Shown here: in pieces, positions 17,329 to 26,565 of the stretch | Position numbering within the stretch: position 1 is the first letter of the stretch | Layout: every line of letters begins with the position of its first letter | Source of the DNA: a virus | Direction: 5' to 3' (one strand) | Length of the DNA stretch: 64,000 bases | Virus record (IMG/VR): IMGVR_UViG_3300017963_000016 | Span: 1 to 64,000 of that record | Translations under genes and position numbers: made by a program | The notes under the pieces: generated by a model | Told to the model about the DNA's origin: nothing | The model's database searches: none | Seen by the model: the letters and a program-made list of their open reading frames with translations, nothing else

Positions 17329-19017
17329 TTAAAATAGCTGTTGCTCTTGTCGTCTCCTAGATTTCGCTAGTTTTTTTCTTTCTTCCTCTATCTTCTTTCT
17401 CTCTTTTTTTAGCTTTCCTAGTTCTGATTGTAATTCTTGAGCTAATTGAGTATATTGTTGGCTTGGCTGAGCTGTTTGCTGAACTTCTATTCCTACTCTC
17501 TGAGTTTTAGGTTTTGCTCCTCCTCTGCTTAGTCTAACTACTAAGAATAAAATTACTATTACCATTACAATACCGATTATAGCAAAGATTATTCCCATGA
17601 GGCCTTCTAAGTTCAATAAATCTTCTAGCCAATCTAACGGTCCAGGTCGATCTTCAGTATGAATCACTCCTCCTGAGCCATCTACAGTTGCTGTCCATAT
17701 AAGATTATCATAATACTCAACAGGAGCTGTTAAAGTATCGTCTTCTAAATCTGTTTGTAATACTTCAGTTTCATAAGCTGTCCAAACATTCATTACAGCC
17801 TTAAGAGTTGGCTGAATATATCTATTTTGAACATGAAGAGCAACTTGTTTAGTTCGAGCTGTCCCTGAGCCTGTAGTTCCGCTCCACTCATCATAATTAG
17901 AGCCTAACCATGATAACTTATGTTTAACATCGTATTTATCATATTCCATAGTTGCTGAATATTCTAAAACTACAGGAGATAATCTCCCTAGATTATATGT
18001 GAATTTACAATCAGGCTGAGATTGATCAGTTCCCATAGGGTCGAATAGAGGAGAGCCATCTTTTAAGGTAGGGTTTAAAGATGAGCCTGGAGATTGAGGT
18101 AATATTCCCTCATCAAAAGTATTCGTTAATTTTGCGTCAAATAAACGTATATTGAAATCGAAGTTTTTTCCTCCTCTGGATTTGTCAGAGTCTCCACTCC
18201 AGGATTTCCTTTCTGCTGTCTCATCGTCAAAATCGCTAGGCTGAATTGTTTGAATAGTTGGCTCATCTTCAGATAACTTACCTCTCTCTGAGGATTCTAC
18301 AATTAAAGAGCTTACTCCTATGTAATCGAATTTCTTAGTCATAGGTCTACCTAAATCGTCAACTAGATTGTTAGGAAGAGGAGAGTCATCAATATCAAAA
18401 CTCATTACCAAATTTCCTGAGAATGAATTATGTTGAGCATTCCATGATCTAATATCTCCAAAATCATAATGATTATATTTTATACTAGTTGTTGAGTCTT
18501 GGCTTAATTTCCAGGCTCCTTTCCATTCATATTCAACACATATTCCTAAGATTTTGGTCTTACATTCTTTCCATTCATCCCAATAGTATCTCCTATATCG
18601 TAATGCTGAAAATGAGGAGTCTTTCTCTACCACTCCTGTAGAACAGGCCTGAGATAATCTAACATTTGTTAAAAGATTTAACTTCATTCTCATAGCCAAT
18701 TTATAATAAAGATAAGTTCGATTTCCTTGAGTTGCTGAGTATACTAGCTTAATATCCTCAGGAGCAATCTTCCATTGAGCCTCATTCTCAAATATCAATT
18801 TGCCTCCCGCATATCTATTTGATTCAATCTCAGTTCCTCTGAATGTATCAAATTTAAAATTCTTAATGATATCTCCATTAAGAACATATATTTTTTCAGC
18901 TAATTCCTCTTGAGCTTGAACATTAGGTATTAATGGAGTTAGAATAGGAAAAAGAGCCATGAAGAAAATAAAATAACCTAAGGCTAATCTATTTCTATTC
19001 TTAGATTTCATTTTCAA
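17329..19017 (-). CDS. Type I membrane protein, candidate spike/fusogen
   Basis: Signal peptide ending in VQA, about 430-aa beta-rich ectodomain with a CKTKILGIC hairpin, amphipathic LDWLEDLL before a C-terminal TM, coiled-coil tail. Confidence 0.6.
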   Translation of the reverse strand: MKMKSKNRNRLALGYFIFFMALFPILTPLIPNVQAQEELAEKIYVLNGDIIKNFKFDTFRGTEIESNRYAGGKLIFENEAQWKIAPEDIKLVYSATQGNRTYLYYKLAMRMKLNLLTNVRLSQACSTGVVEKDSSFSALRYRRYYWDEWKECKTKILGICVEYEWKGAWKLSQDSTTSIKYNHYDFGDIRSWNAQHNSFSGNLVMSFDIDDSPLPNNLVDDLGRPMTKKFDYIGVSSLIVESSERGKLSEDEPTIQTIQPSDFDDETAERKSWSGDSDKSRGGKNFDFNIRLFDAKLTNTFDEGILPQSPGSSLNPTLKDGSPLFDPMGTDQSQPDCKFTYNLGRLSPVVLEYSATMEYDKYDVKHKLSWLGSNYDEWSGTTGSGTARTKQVALHVQNRYIQPTLKAVMNVWTAYETEVLQTDLEDDTLTAPVEYYDNLIWTATVDGSGGVIHTEDRPGPLDWLEDLLNLEGLMGIIFAIIGIVMVIVILFLVVRLSRGGAKPKTQRVGIEVQQTAQPSQQYTQLAQELQSELGKLKKERKKIEEERKKLAKSRRRQEQQLF

Positions 19018-19026
19018 TCCTCCTGA

Positions 19027-20034
19027 TTAAACCCATTCTTTTATCATTAATATTTTAGTATCTTCCTTATCCTCTAAGAACCCCTCAAACAGAAAAACCT
19101 CAATAGGAGAGCTTTTTAGTTCTAATGTCATCTCCATTTGAGTTTGCCACATTACAATATCTAACAAGACTATGCCTGTATTCCATGATTCAATATAATA
19201 AACATCGGTATATTCCTCTCCATTATCCTCAACATCAGCATAAGCTATTTCTGAGCCATTGAAAGCTAGCCATAAGCCTAATCCGAATACCTCTTCCTCC
19301 AAGCTTAAGTCATATCCTTTCTTTTCTAGCCAATATTCAGGAATCCAGGAGCTAGCTCCATAGGTATCATACTCATCCTCAGGAGCAGGAAAATTAAAGT
19401 TTGTTATATTTATTACCATATCAAATTTAGTGTCTATTGGAAAATCTGATAAAGTAGCATTAATCTTAACATCGTCAATATGTGTTATATTAGCCTCTAT
19501 CCCTAATGGGTCGCTCTCAAACCAGATAATAAATGTATTAGTCTCATACTCTTCTTTTATCTCAGAGCCTATTGGAGAAATCGATAATGGTTGCCATTTT
19601 CTTGTATCTCCAGATTCTAAGTCTACATCCCAAACAACAGCATAAGCTCTCTCAGGAACATAGACTAAGTCTCCTGTTTTAACAGGATTATCATATAATC
19701 CCTCTGTAGAGGGAAAGTCATCAAAATTTATTTTTTTATCAGTATGATTAACCTGAATCAAGATTACCTCTCCCTGTAGCTCCTCTCCATTAGTGCCATC
19801 AATAAATTGAAATTTCATCCAACCCTGTCCTCCCATTCCTGAGGGCTGTAGAATAGATAAGAATACTAAGTAAATACTAGTAATACTAATTATAGCAATC
19901 AGAAAGACAGCTAATCCTATTTTTCCAGCTCTGCTTTTAGGGATAATTCTTCTTATTCCCTTTCTAGGCTGTTGGCTTTTAGCTTTGGTTTTAGATTTGG
20001 GTTTTCTCTGAGTTTTAGTTTGTTTTTTTGCCAT
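19027..20034 (-). CDS. Type II membrane protein with a basic N-tail
   Basis: MAKKQTKTQRK..., one TM, acidic beta-rich ectodomain. Confidence 0.75.
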   Translation of the reverse strand: MAKKQTKTQRKPKSKTKAKSQQPRKGIRRIIPKSRAGKIGLAVFLIAIISITSIYLVFLSILQPSGMGGQGWMKFQFIDGTNGEELQGEVILIQVNHTDKKINFDDFPSTEGLYDNPVKTGDLVYVPERAYAVVWDVDLESGDTRKWQPLSISPIGSEIKEEYETNTFIIWFESDPLGIEANITHIDDVKINATLSDFPIDTKFDMVINITNFNFPAPEDEYDTYGASSWIPEYWLEKKGYDLSLEEEVFGLGLWLAFNGSEIAYADVEDNGEEYTDVYYIESWNTGIVLLDIVMWQTQMEMTLELKSSPIEVFLFEGFLEDKEDTKILMIKEWV

Positions 20035-20152
20035 ATTAACATCAATTTAATTTGTTTTTATTTTATATTTAATTTCTATTACTATTAATTAGAACTAACT
20101 TTTTTATATTTTTTATGTTAAATATTATATAAATAAATTTTTGGTAAATATC

Positions 20153-20728
20153 ATGGGAGGAAATAAACCACCTAGAAAGAAAGCTCAGAATGATAAAAAG
20201 AGATATAGAAATAGATCATTAATCGTTATTTCAATTTCCATGTTCTTATTGATTGCTATGGGCTTTATTCTCATTGGAGCAATAAATTACAGAGTTTTGA
20301 GAGTAAGAACTAATATTAATTTTGAGAAAGATTCTGATTATATCGTTAGAGAAATTTTGATTGCTAAAGATGTTGTTGACCCTAGAGATGAGGATGATAC
20401 CTGGTATTTCAATGTAGTTGGCGGAGCTTATAACTATATAGATTTTGAGGGAGGATTGAATATCTCAGAGGCTAAAGAGGATTTTATCCAGGATTTTTAT
20501 GAAAGATTACAATTAGAGATTGAGATTGAATCTATTTATATTATCTTTTTAGTAGTTCCTAAATCTAATATAAATAAAACTTTAGCTGTAATCTCTGAGG
20601 AAATTGAGTTAGGATTATCTACCGATATTAAATTAGATTCTTATGACTATGATTTTGATGAGATTGAATATGAGCTTACTGATCTTTCAGCAGGATTCAT
20701 ATTAGAGGCTCTATTTAATATAGTTTAA
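20153..20728 (+). CDS. Type II membrane protein, possible distant paralog of 6935/7966
   Basis: MGGNKPPRKK...RNRSLIVISIS TM; ILIAKD vs ISIARD; divergently transcribed. Confidence 0.7.
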   Translation: MGGNKPPRKKAQNDKKRYRNRSLIVISISMFLLIAMGFILIGAINYRVLRVRTNINFEKDSDYIVREILIAKDVVDPRDEDDTWYFNVVGGAYNYIDFEGGLNISEAKEDFIQDFYERLQLEIEIESIYIIFLVVPKSNINKTLAVISEEIELGLSTDIKLDSYDYDFDEIEYELTDLSAGFILEALFNIV

Positions 20729-20784
20729 AAATATTTTTTTTAATTTTTTTATTTTTCCTGGTAAAACTTTTATTTAGTATATTA

Positions 20785-21279
20785 TTAGTCTAATCCTGTC
20801 TTTTTTAGTATTTTCTTAATTTCTCTAGCTTGATCATAACTTACTCTAACAGCATTATAATAATATCTCTTAAGCTCTCCTGTTTTTGTCTCTTTAAATG
20901 TATAATCCCTTTCGATCTCTATTAAACCCTTTTCAGAAAGTTGCTTTAGGTATCTCCCAATATTCTTTTTATCTATACCTGTTCTTTTAACAATCTCAGG
21001 GATTTTAAACCTAGAGGAAAAACTAACATGATTCAGTATTCTTTCAATATTATTTGGCCATCTCCCTTTTTTCCCTCTAAACTCAATGAACTTACTTACA
21101 GTATGAATATCATGCTCATTAGTAGAATTAGATAATCTAATCAGCCATTTTGGAACTGAGCTTATTTTTACTAAAGCAAAATCTCCTTTCCTGTTGTAAG
21201 TATAAATTCTTTTACTTTCAACTATTCTTCTTATTTTTTCTTGATTTCTTTTAAATTTGTTTTGGTAATAATCACTCAT
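20785..21279 (-). CDS. wHTH (ArsR/MarR-like) DNA-binding protein
   Basis: FKIPEIVKRTGIDKKNIGRYLKQLSEKGLI. Confidence 0.75.
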   Translation of the reverse strand: MSDYYQNKFKRNQEKIRRIVESKRIYTYNRKGDFALVKISSVPKWLIRLSNSTNEHDIHTVSKFIEFRGKKGRWPNNIERILNHVSFSSRFKIPEIVKRTGIDKKNIGRYLKQLSEKGLIEIERDYTFKETKTGELKRYYYNAVRVSYDQAREIKKILKKTGLD

Positions 21280-21346
21280 TTATTTCAATCCTCTTGGGTT
21301 TTTAATTAAATAAGCATGAATAATATATAGATTATATTGTATTTAA

Positions 21347-21425
21347 CACTAGTCGTAAAATTTTAAGAGGAGAAAATATTTTAAATGAATCCTATAATGA
21401 TTTAGAGGCTCCAGGTATTCAAAAT
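21347..21425 (+). repeat. Dispersed intergenic repeat, copy 2
   Basis: 45 bp identical to copies 1 and 3, then a diverged stretch that keeps AGGCTCCAGGTAT. Confidence 0.9.
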
Positions 21426-21460
21426 CAATCTTTTTTCCTGGAAATCAGGATATTAAAACT

Positions 21461-21516
21461 GATCATAATCGATCGTGAAATTTTGTCCCGGATAAATTGA
21501 ATGATCAAATATGATC
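21461..21516. promoter_or_regulatory. Phased GATC array (GATC-N6-GATC pairs flanking CCGGAT)
   Basis: GATC at 21461, 21471, 21503, 21513; CCGG at 21488. Confidence 0.6.
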
Positions 21517-21600
21517 ATTTTCAGGTTTTTAGAAGTTGCTCCCTGAGAATGAAATGATTTAAAATATATTATATTAACTTATAATTAAAAAAAATAGAAT

Positions 21601-21831
21601 CTAAGTTTTTTTCTTACTTTCTTTCTCTTTTGCTTTATTTCTTCTAGCAACATTAGATTCTTGATTAAAAATTAATTGATCTATTTCTTTATAATCTTCA
21701 GGATTACTCCATTTTAATTGCTCTTGTTTCATTCTCATCCTAATCCATTCCCTATTAGATTTAGGTAATGAATAAAACCTGGTTTGAAGTTTCTCCTTTT
21801 CAGATATTTTTTTTTCTCTCTTTTTAGCCAT
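21601..21831 (-). CDS. Small basic protein
   Basis: 76-aa ORF with GAGG RBS. Confidence 0.6.
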   Translation of the reverse strand: MAKKREKKISEKEKLQTRFYSLPKSNREWIRMRMKQEQLKWSNPEDYKEIDQLIFNQESNVARRNKAKEKESKKKT

Positions 21832-22011
21832 TAATTTAACCTCTAACTTTTATTTTAATATAATTAATATTTACATTAACTTTATAAAAAACTTTAAGCT
21901 GAAATAAATAATCTTTATACTAGCTTAAGGATGAGATTTTTAAAAATATTACTCAAAATATTCAGGCATGGCTAAGTATCTTAGTCATTCAATACCATGA
22001 ATAATTTTTAG

Positions 22012-22266
22012 TTATATCCATTCCTTAAATTTAATTCCCTTTAGAATATTATTTTTAATAGCTTTTTTAAAGCTTTTAAAACTCCTCTGATAGCTATTAA
22101 CAGTTATTCTAATAGTCTCTCCTGAATAATAAGCTTTCTCAAAAATTACATCAGCTTTATAATGAAATAATTTAAAGCCAGGAGAGTGAACTACTAGTGT
22201 TTTTCTTCCCAATTTTTTCACATTAACAACTTTTACTTTGATATTAAATGATAATTCTGTTGGCAT
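22012..22266 (-). CDS. Small beta-rich hypothetical protein
   Basis: 84-aa ORF with a TATA-like element upstream. Confidence 0.55.
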   Translation of the reverse strand: MPTELSFNIKVKVVNVKKLGRKTLVVHSPGFKLFHYKADVIFEKAYYSGETIRITVNSYQRSFKSFKKAIKNNILKGIKFKEWI

Positions 22267-22530
22267 GAAATTAATTTAATCATTCTTTAATTTAAGGTTT
22301 AAGGAATTTTAATTTTGATAACTTCAGCCTTTATAATTAGGTTTAACAGCTAATTTAGTCAAATGATCTTTTGTATAACTAGAATAAGATTTATATATGT
22401 GTAAAATAACTATTTTCTTGATGATCGCCAAAAAATTTTATCCTGGAATACCATTGATTCAGCTAGGTTTTTTTACCAGGTTTTTTTTATGAATCCTAGA
22501 AGAATACCAAAAAATAAAGCCTGGATTATT

Positions 22531-22824
22531 CTAAATATAACTAGATAATTTATATCCTATACATTCTGAGGAATCTATATTTTCAATCCTCAAGCTTACT
22601 ATTATGCCTAGATTAATTAATTTTTCAAATTTAAAATTCCATGATAAATTTTCGATTTCAGAGGGATTTTTGAAATAAGCTTTTATAACTAATTGTTTAA
22701 TTCTTGGTTTAGTCATATAATCACTCTTATTCATTATATTAATGATCATAAGTTCTAATTCTGAGAATTTACCTGGATTGAGATAGCTATATAGCTTTTG
22801 TATATTTGTTAATTCTCTTTTCAT
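22531..22824 (-). CDS. wHTH protein
   Basis: FSELELMII...FEKLINLGII...GYKL. Confidence 0.55.
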   Translation of the reverse strand: MKRELTNIQKLYSYLNPGKFSELELMIINIMNKSDYMTKPRIKQLVIKAYFKNPSEIENLSWNFKFEKLINLGIIVSLRIENIDSSECIGYKLSSYI

Positions 22825-23261
22825 TATATAAAACTAAGACAATAACTATTATTTAAAATATAGGCTGAATAAAATTTATCCATTCTTTTATATTTACTTT
22901 TACAAACAGCAAATAGCTTATCTAAGGCCTCTTTATTATTAGAGACTAAGAGTAAGCAAAAATATATCAATACCTTTAACTCCAAGATTTCTTTTAATTC
23001 ATAAGACTTTTCCAAGAGACTTAGCATAAGTCTTTCAGCATTATTGAATAGATTAAAATATTTCTCAGGATTCTCTTCATAATTAAAAATGGTTTTAATA
23101 ACAATATCATTTTTAACCATATATAACAGTTTTATTCCAGGTTTTTTATGAAAATATTTCCAGGCAATATATGAAGTTAAATTTTTGATTTTTTTTGCTT
23201 TTAAAACATATTTTTCTCTTACACTTTTTAATTCATTATCAAAATCAAACATAATAATCAA
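22824..23261 (-). CDS. Hypothetical protein
   Basis: 145-aa ORF coupled to the next gene. Confidence 0.55.
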   Translation of the reverse strand: MIIMFDFDNELKSVREKYVLKAKKIKNLTSYIAWKYFHKKPGIKLLYMVKNDIVIKTIFNYEENPEKYFNLFNNAERLMLSLLEKSYELKEILELKVLIYFCLLLVSNNKEALDKLFAVCKSKYKRMDKFYSAYILNNSYCLSFI

Positions 23262-23338
23262 GAAATATTCTATAAAGAAATATTTAAAATACGTTAATAA
23301 TTAAAAGGAGGCTAAAATAATAAGAGATTTATAGATTA

Positions 23339-23366
23339 CCTGGATTCTCATATCATTGAATCCAGG
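23339..23366. other. Intergenic hairpin (9-bp stem)
   Basis: CCTGGATTC-N10-GAATCCAGG. Confidence 0.4.
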
Positions 23367-23543
23367 AGTTTTAGATTAACAAAATAATAATTATGGAGGA
23401 ATAATTATTTTTTTAATCACTTGCTCTTACAATTAAACAATGGTTTAACTTCTATTTAACACTTCCCATTAGTAGAATAAGCTATCATACATTAATCAGA
23501 TCAATAGACAAAAAAAAAAGAAAAGAGAAAATAATAAAAATAT

Positions 23544-23999
23544 TTATTCTGTTAATTGTAATTTATTGGCTATGGTTTTTAATCTTTTAATTTCTGGTTT
23601 AAGCTCCTCCAATTTTAAATCTAAAAGCTTTCCCCTGAGAGAATCATGGGATAGAGGAGAGTCTCTATCCTTATTCCTGGAGAGTATTTTTATGATTTCA
23701 GAAATAGTCTTAGCTTTAGATAATTTCTTTATTTTATTTTGTTTAGGCTGTTTTCTATCTAATTTAGCAACTCCCTCTTTAAATTCTTGTTTAAGTTGAG
23801 TCTCAGTTTTTCTTGGCTTTCTTTTAGCAGGTTTTTTAGCAGGTTTTTTTGGAGTTTTCTCAACTACTATCTTAGGAGGCTTTTCAATAATAGGCTCCTC
23901 TTGAGTTATTTGTTTGACTTCCTTAGTCTTAAGAGGCTCAGCAATTACTTCACTTTCAGCAGGAACTTTAAAAAAAGTGAATGATTTTTTCTTGGCCAT
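23544..23999 (-). CDS. Lys/Pro-rich basic protein
   Basis: KTPKKPAKKPAKRKPRK low-complexity segment; possibly DNA-binding. Confidence 0.65.
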   Translation of the reverse strand: MAKKKSFTFFKVPAESEVIAEPLKTKEVKQITQEEPIIEKPPKIVVEKTPKKPAKKPAKRKPRKTETQLKQEFKEGVAKLDRKQPKQNKIKKLSKAKTISEIIKILSRNKDRDSPLSHDSLRGKLLDLKLEELKPEIKRLKTIANKLQLTE

Positions 24000-24413
24000 T
24001 TATTCCTCCTCCTCTTCCTGATTTTCGCTTTCACTAATCATTTGATTTATTAATCCTGTAATCAATTCAAATCTCTCCTGGTTATTTCCTAAGAACTCTT
24101 GGTTATTTGGATTAGATAAAATAACATTAGCATTAGATTCAAAAAAAGTCATAAGAAAATCTAAATGGCCAATTAACTCTCTTTTATCCAGGTTTTTCAA
24201 AAATTCACTTTCAGGCAATCCATAAATAGATAATCTTTTAGCTCCCTTTCTTACTATTCTTAGTTTTCCTACTTTAACCATTCTAGAGCATAGAGTATTG
24301 ATTGTATCAGGGTCAGAATCTGGAATAGCCTCAGCTAATTCATATTTAGAGAAATTTCCTTTAATTAGAGCTTGTTTTATTTCAGCTTGAGATACCATGA
24401 TTTTTTCCTCCAT
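24000..24413 (-). CDS. wHTH protein
   Basis: FSKYELAEAI...TINTLCSRMVKVGKL...IYGL. Confidence 0.65.
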   Translation of the reverse strand: MEEKIMVSQAEIKQALIKGNFSKYELAEAIPDSDPDTINTLCSRMVKVGKLRIVRKGAKRLSIYGLPESEFLKNLDKRELIGHLDFLMTFFESNANVILSNPNNQEFLGNNQERFELITGLINQMISESENQEEEEE

Positions 24414-24534
24414 TTATTTTATTAATCTTTTTATTACTGAATCAATCGAAATGATTATATTTTCCTGGTTTATCGAAATGATAAAAACCATAAAGAAAAT
24501 AAGAAATATATAATTCATATTAGAATGGCCTCCC

Positions 24535-25857
24535 TTACATTATATTTAATAAATCCCATCTCTTTTTTGGGCAATCATGCTCATCATAATAATAGTATTC
24601 AGATTTTCCCTGAGCTAAGTTTCTTACTGAGCCAATTAGTCTTAAAAAGTGAGCTAAAAAATATCTACCAAGAAAATTCTCTTTAAGGAAAGCATAGTAA
24701 TCAATGGTTTTAAATGGGCAAATAATACATCCCATTCTTACTTCTTTCTTTTGATTTTCATATTGAGGCAATGTTTTATATTCAATTTCATAAGGATTTC
24801 TTATTAGGCCTGAATCCTCAACTAATTTTTCCATTTCCTCAAAAGTCTCATGGAATAAAGGCATAACTTCATAGATTCTCATTCCCTTTCTATTACATGA
24901 AAATTTAGTTGGAATAACATGAGGATTCTTTTTTGCTCTACTTTCAGATTGATGTTTATTAATCCCAATCAATTGAATAACATTATCAGCTCTCTCTCCA
25001 AAAAATTCAAAATCTTGGAATTGAGTTGTTTTTTCAGGAATTAAGCTAGGAGCTTTCTCAATCTTAGAAATGATATAATCTGAGATTTCCTCTTTTTTCT
25101 GATATTTAAGGCTTTTAGGATATTCAATATTATTATCATTCATAAATCTAATCAATTGTTTTTTGGTAAAACAACATCTAATCTTTTCCATTAAAGGAAT
25201 AAAATATTTGCTATAGAAGATTTTAGCAGGAGCAATTTTATAAGTCTTAGTGCAATATCTTCCGAACTTCTTAGGTAATCCATTGACTTCTAAGTGAAAA
25301 GAGGCATTCTCATTTCTACTTAGGATTACTAGAGGTAATTTTAACATTTCAGCTATATACATAACATATTCCCTATCTCCAGGATGATATAGCTGAGGCT
25401 CCTCATAAAGCATTATCTCATTCCCTTTAAATTCCTCAGTATGAAGAACTTTAAGCAACATAGCTAAGCTATGTAGAGCTGAATGAACTGAGTAGATTAT
25501 CTTAACATTAGGAAAATAAAGCTCAGCCTCATCAATATTGATTAAAGTCATTCTTATTCCTTGAACTCCTTTTCTTAGAATGATCTCCTCAACTGTATTA
25601 TTTGAAATATACTCCTGATATTCTTGATAATAATTATTATATCTTTTAAGAAAAGGATATTTCTGAAAATAAGGAAGATCGATATAATTTCTAAATTCTT
25701 GTAAAAGAATCTCAGGTATATAATCTCTATTATTCCTATTCTTATTAGCATTTGTTCTATAAGAATCCCATCTTTCCTTTCCAGGCAACTCATCAAAAGA
25801 GTTAATGAAGTCTATATATTTACTTCTTAACTCCAGGTATTTTTCCTCATAATTCAT
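24535..25857 (-). CDS. Divergent PAPS-reductase/DndC-family protein with a degenerate PP-loop
   Basis: RYCTKTYKIAP, IGINKHQSESRA and RMGCIICPF; VHSALHSLAML stands where SGGKDS is expected. Confidence 0.7.
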   Translation of the reverse strand: MNYEEKYLELRSKYIDFINSFDELPGKERWDSYRTNANKNRNNRDYIPEILLQEFRNYIDLPYFQKYPFLKRYNNYYQEYQEYISNNTVEEIILRKGVQGIRMTLINIDEAELYFPNVKIIYSVHSALHSLAMLLKVLHTEEFKGNEIMLYEEPQLYHPGDREYVMYIAEMLKLPLVILSRNENASFHLEVNGLPKKFGRYCTKTYKIAPAKIFYSKYFIPLMEKIRCCFTKKQLIRFMNDNNIEYPKSLKYQKKEEISDYIISKIEKAPSLIPEKTTQFQDFEFFGERADNVIQLIGINKHQSESRAKKNPHVIPTKFSCNRKGMRIYEVMPLFHETFEEMEKLVEDSGLIRNPYEIEYKTLPQYENQKKEVRMGCIICPFKTIDYYAFLKENFLGRYFLAHFLRLIGSVRNLAQGKSEYYYYDEHDCPKKRWDLLNIM

Positions 25858-25892
25858 TTTTTTTTCCTCCAGATTATTTTATTAAAAAAAAC

Positions 25893-25983
25893 TGTTTTTA
25901 TATGTTATTATATATTCAACTTAAGTATTTAAATGTTTTTATAAGTTTTTATATGACAAAAAATACAGCAACATATAAAAACA
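25893..25983. promoter_or_regulatory. Operator-like array of TGTTTTTATA(TG) sites, including a 14-bp inverted repeat
   Basis: TGTTTTTATATGTT 25893-25906 and AACATATAAAAACA 25970-25983; related sites at 25934 and 25945 around a TATA box. Confidence 0.55.
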
Positions 25984-26174
25984 TACATCCCAACTTCTCC
26001 AGAATTTACCAAAACCCTCTATATCCTTAATTATCTCTGAATATTAAGGAGGATTGGAGTAAAGCGTTAACTCCTGGAGGTTTTAGAGATATTACATAAG
26101 GATTCTCACTAAGCCTCAGATAACTAGACTTTCTAGAAGATAAAAGAAAATCTTTTAAGCTTGAAAGATGAGGA

Positions 26175-26507
26175 TTAATTCTTTTCTCTAAAATTTTGTA
26201 TTAATTTAAGAATTTGTTTTTCAGTTATCTTTTTGTTATTTACTTCATAAAGAGTATTTGAGGCTTCTGGATATAATTTTATAATACTTTCTTCTTGGAG
26301 TAATTTCAGATTCCTCCATATATAATTTATAGAACTATGATCTTTTGAGGATATCTTTAATTCTCTTCTAATTCTCTTGGTATTGATAAATGGTTTATTT
26401 TCCTCTATTGATTTATTTATTAGGCAACATATTTGTTTAAATAAATTTTCTTGAATTGAACACATCATTTTATTTACTCCTGAATTTTTTAGTAAAAAAA
26501 ATTCCAA
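26175..26507 (-). CDS. wHTH protein
   Basis: INTKRIRRELKI...IWRNLKLLQEESII...YEV. Confidence 0.6.
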   Translation of the reverse strand: MEFFLLKNSGVNKMMCSIQENLFKQICCLINKSIEENKPFINTKRIRRELKISSKDHSSINYIWRNLKLLQEESIIKLYPEASNTLYEVNNKKITEKQILKLIQNFREKN

Positions 26508-26565
26508 TAGAAATAATGGAGAGAGAGTTATAAATATTAACAGTTTAATATCAAGATTATCATTA

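Noticed and set aside
1053-21995. 15-bp match TTAGTCATTCAATAC at 1053-1067 and 21981-21995
   Set aside because: Only two copies, at different distances from start codons; could be an operator but the support is insufficient.
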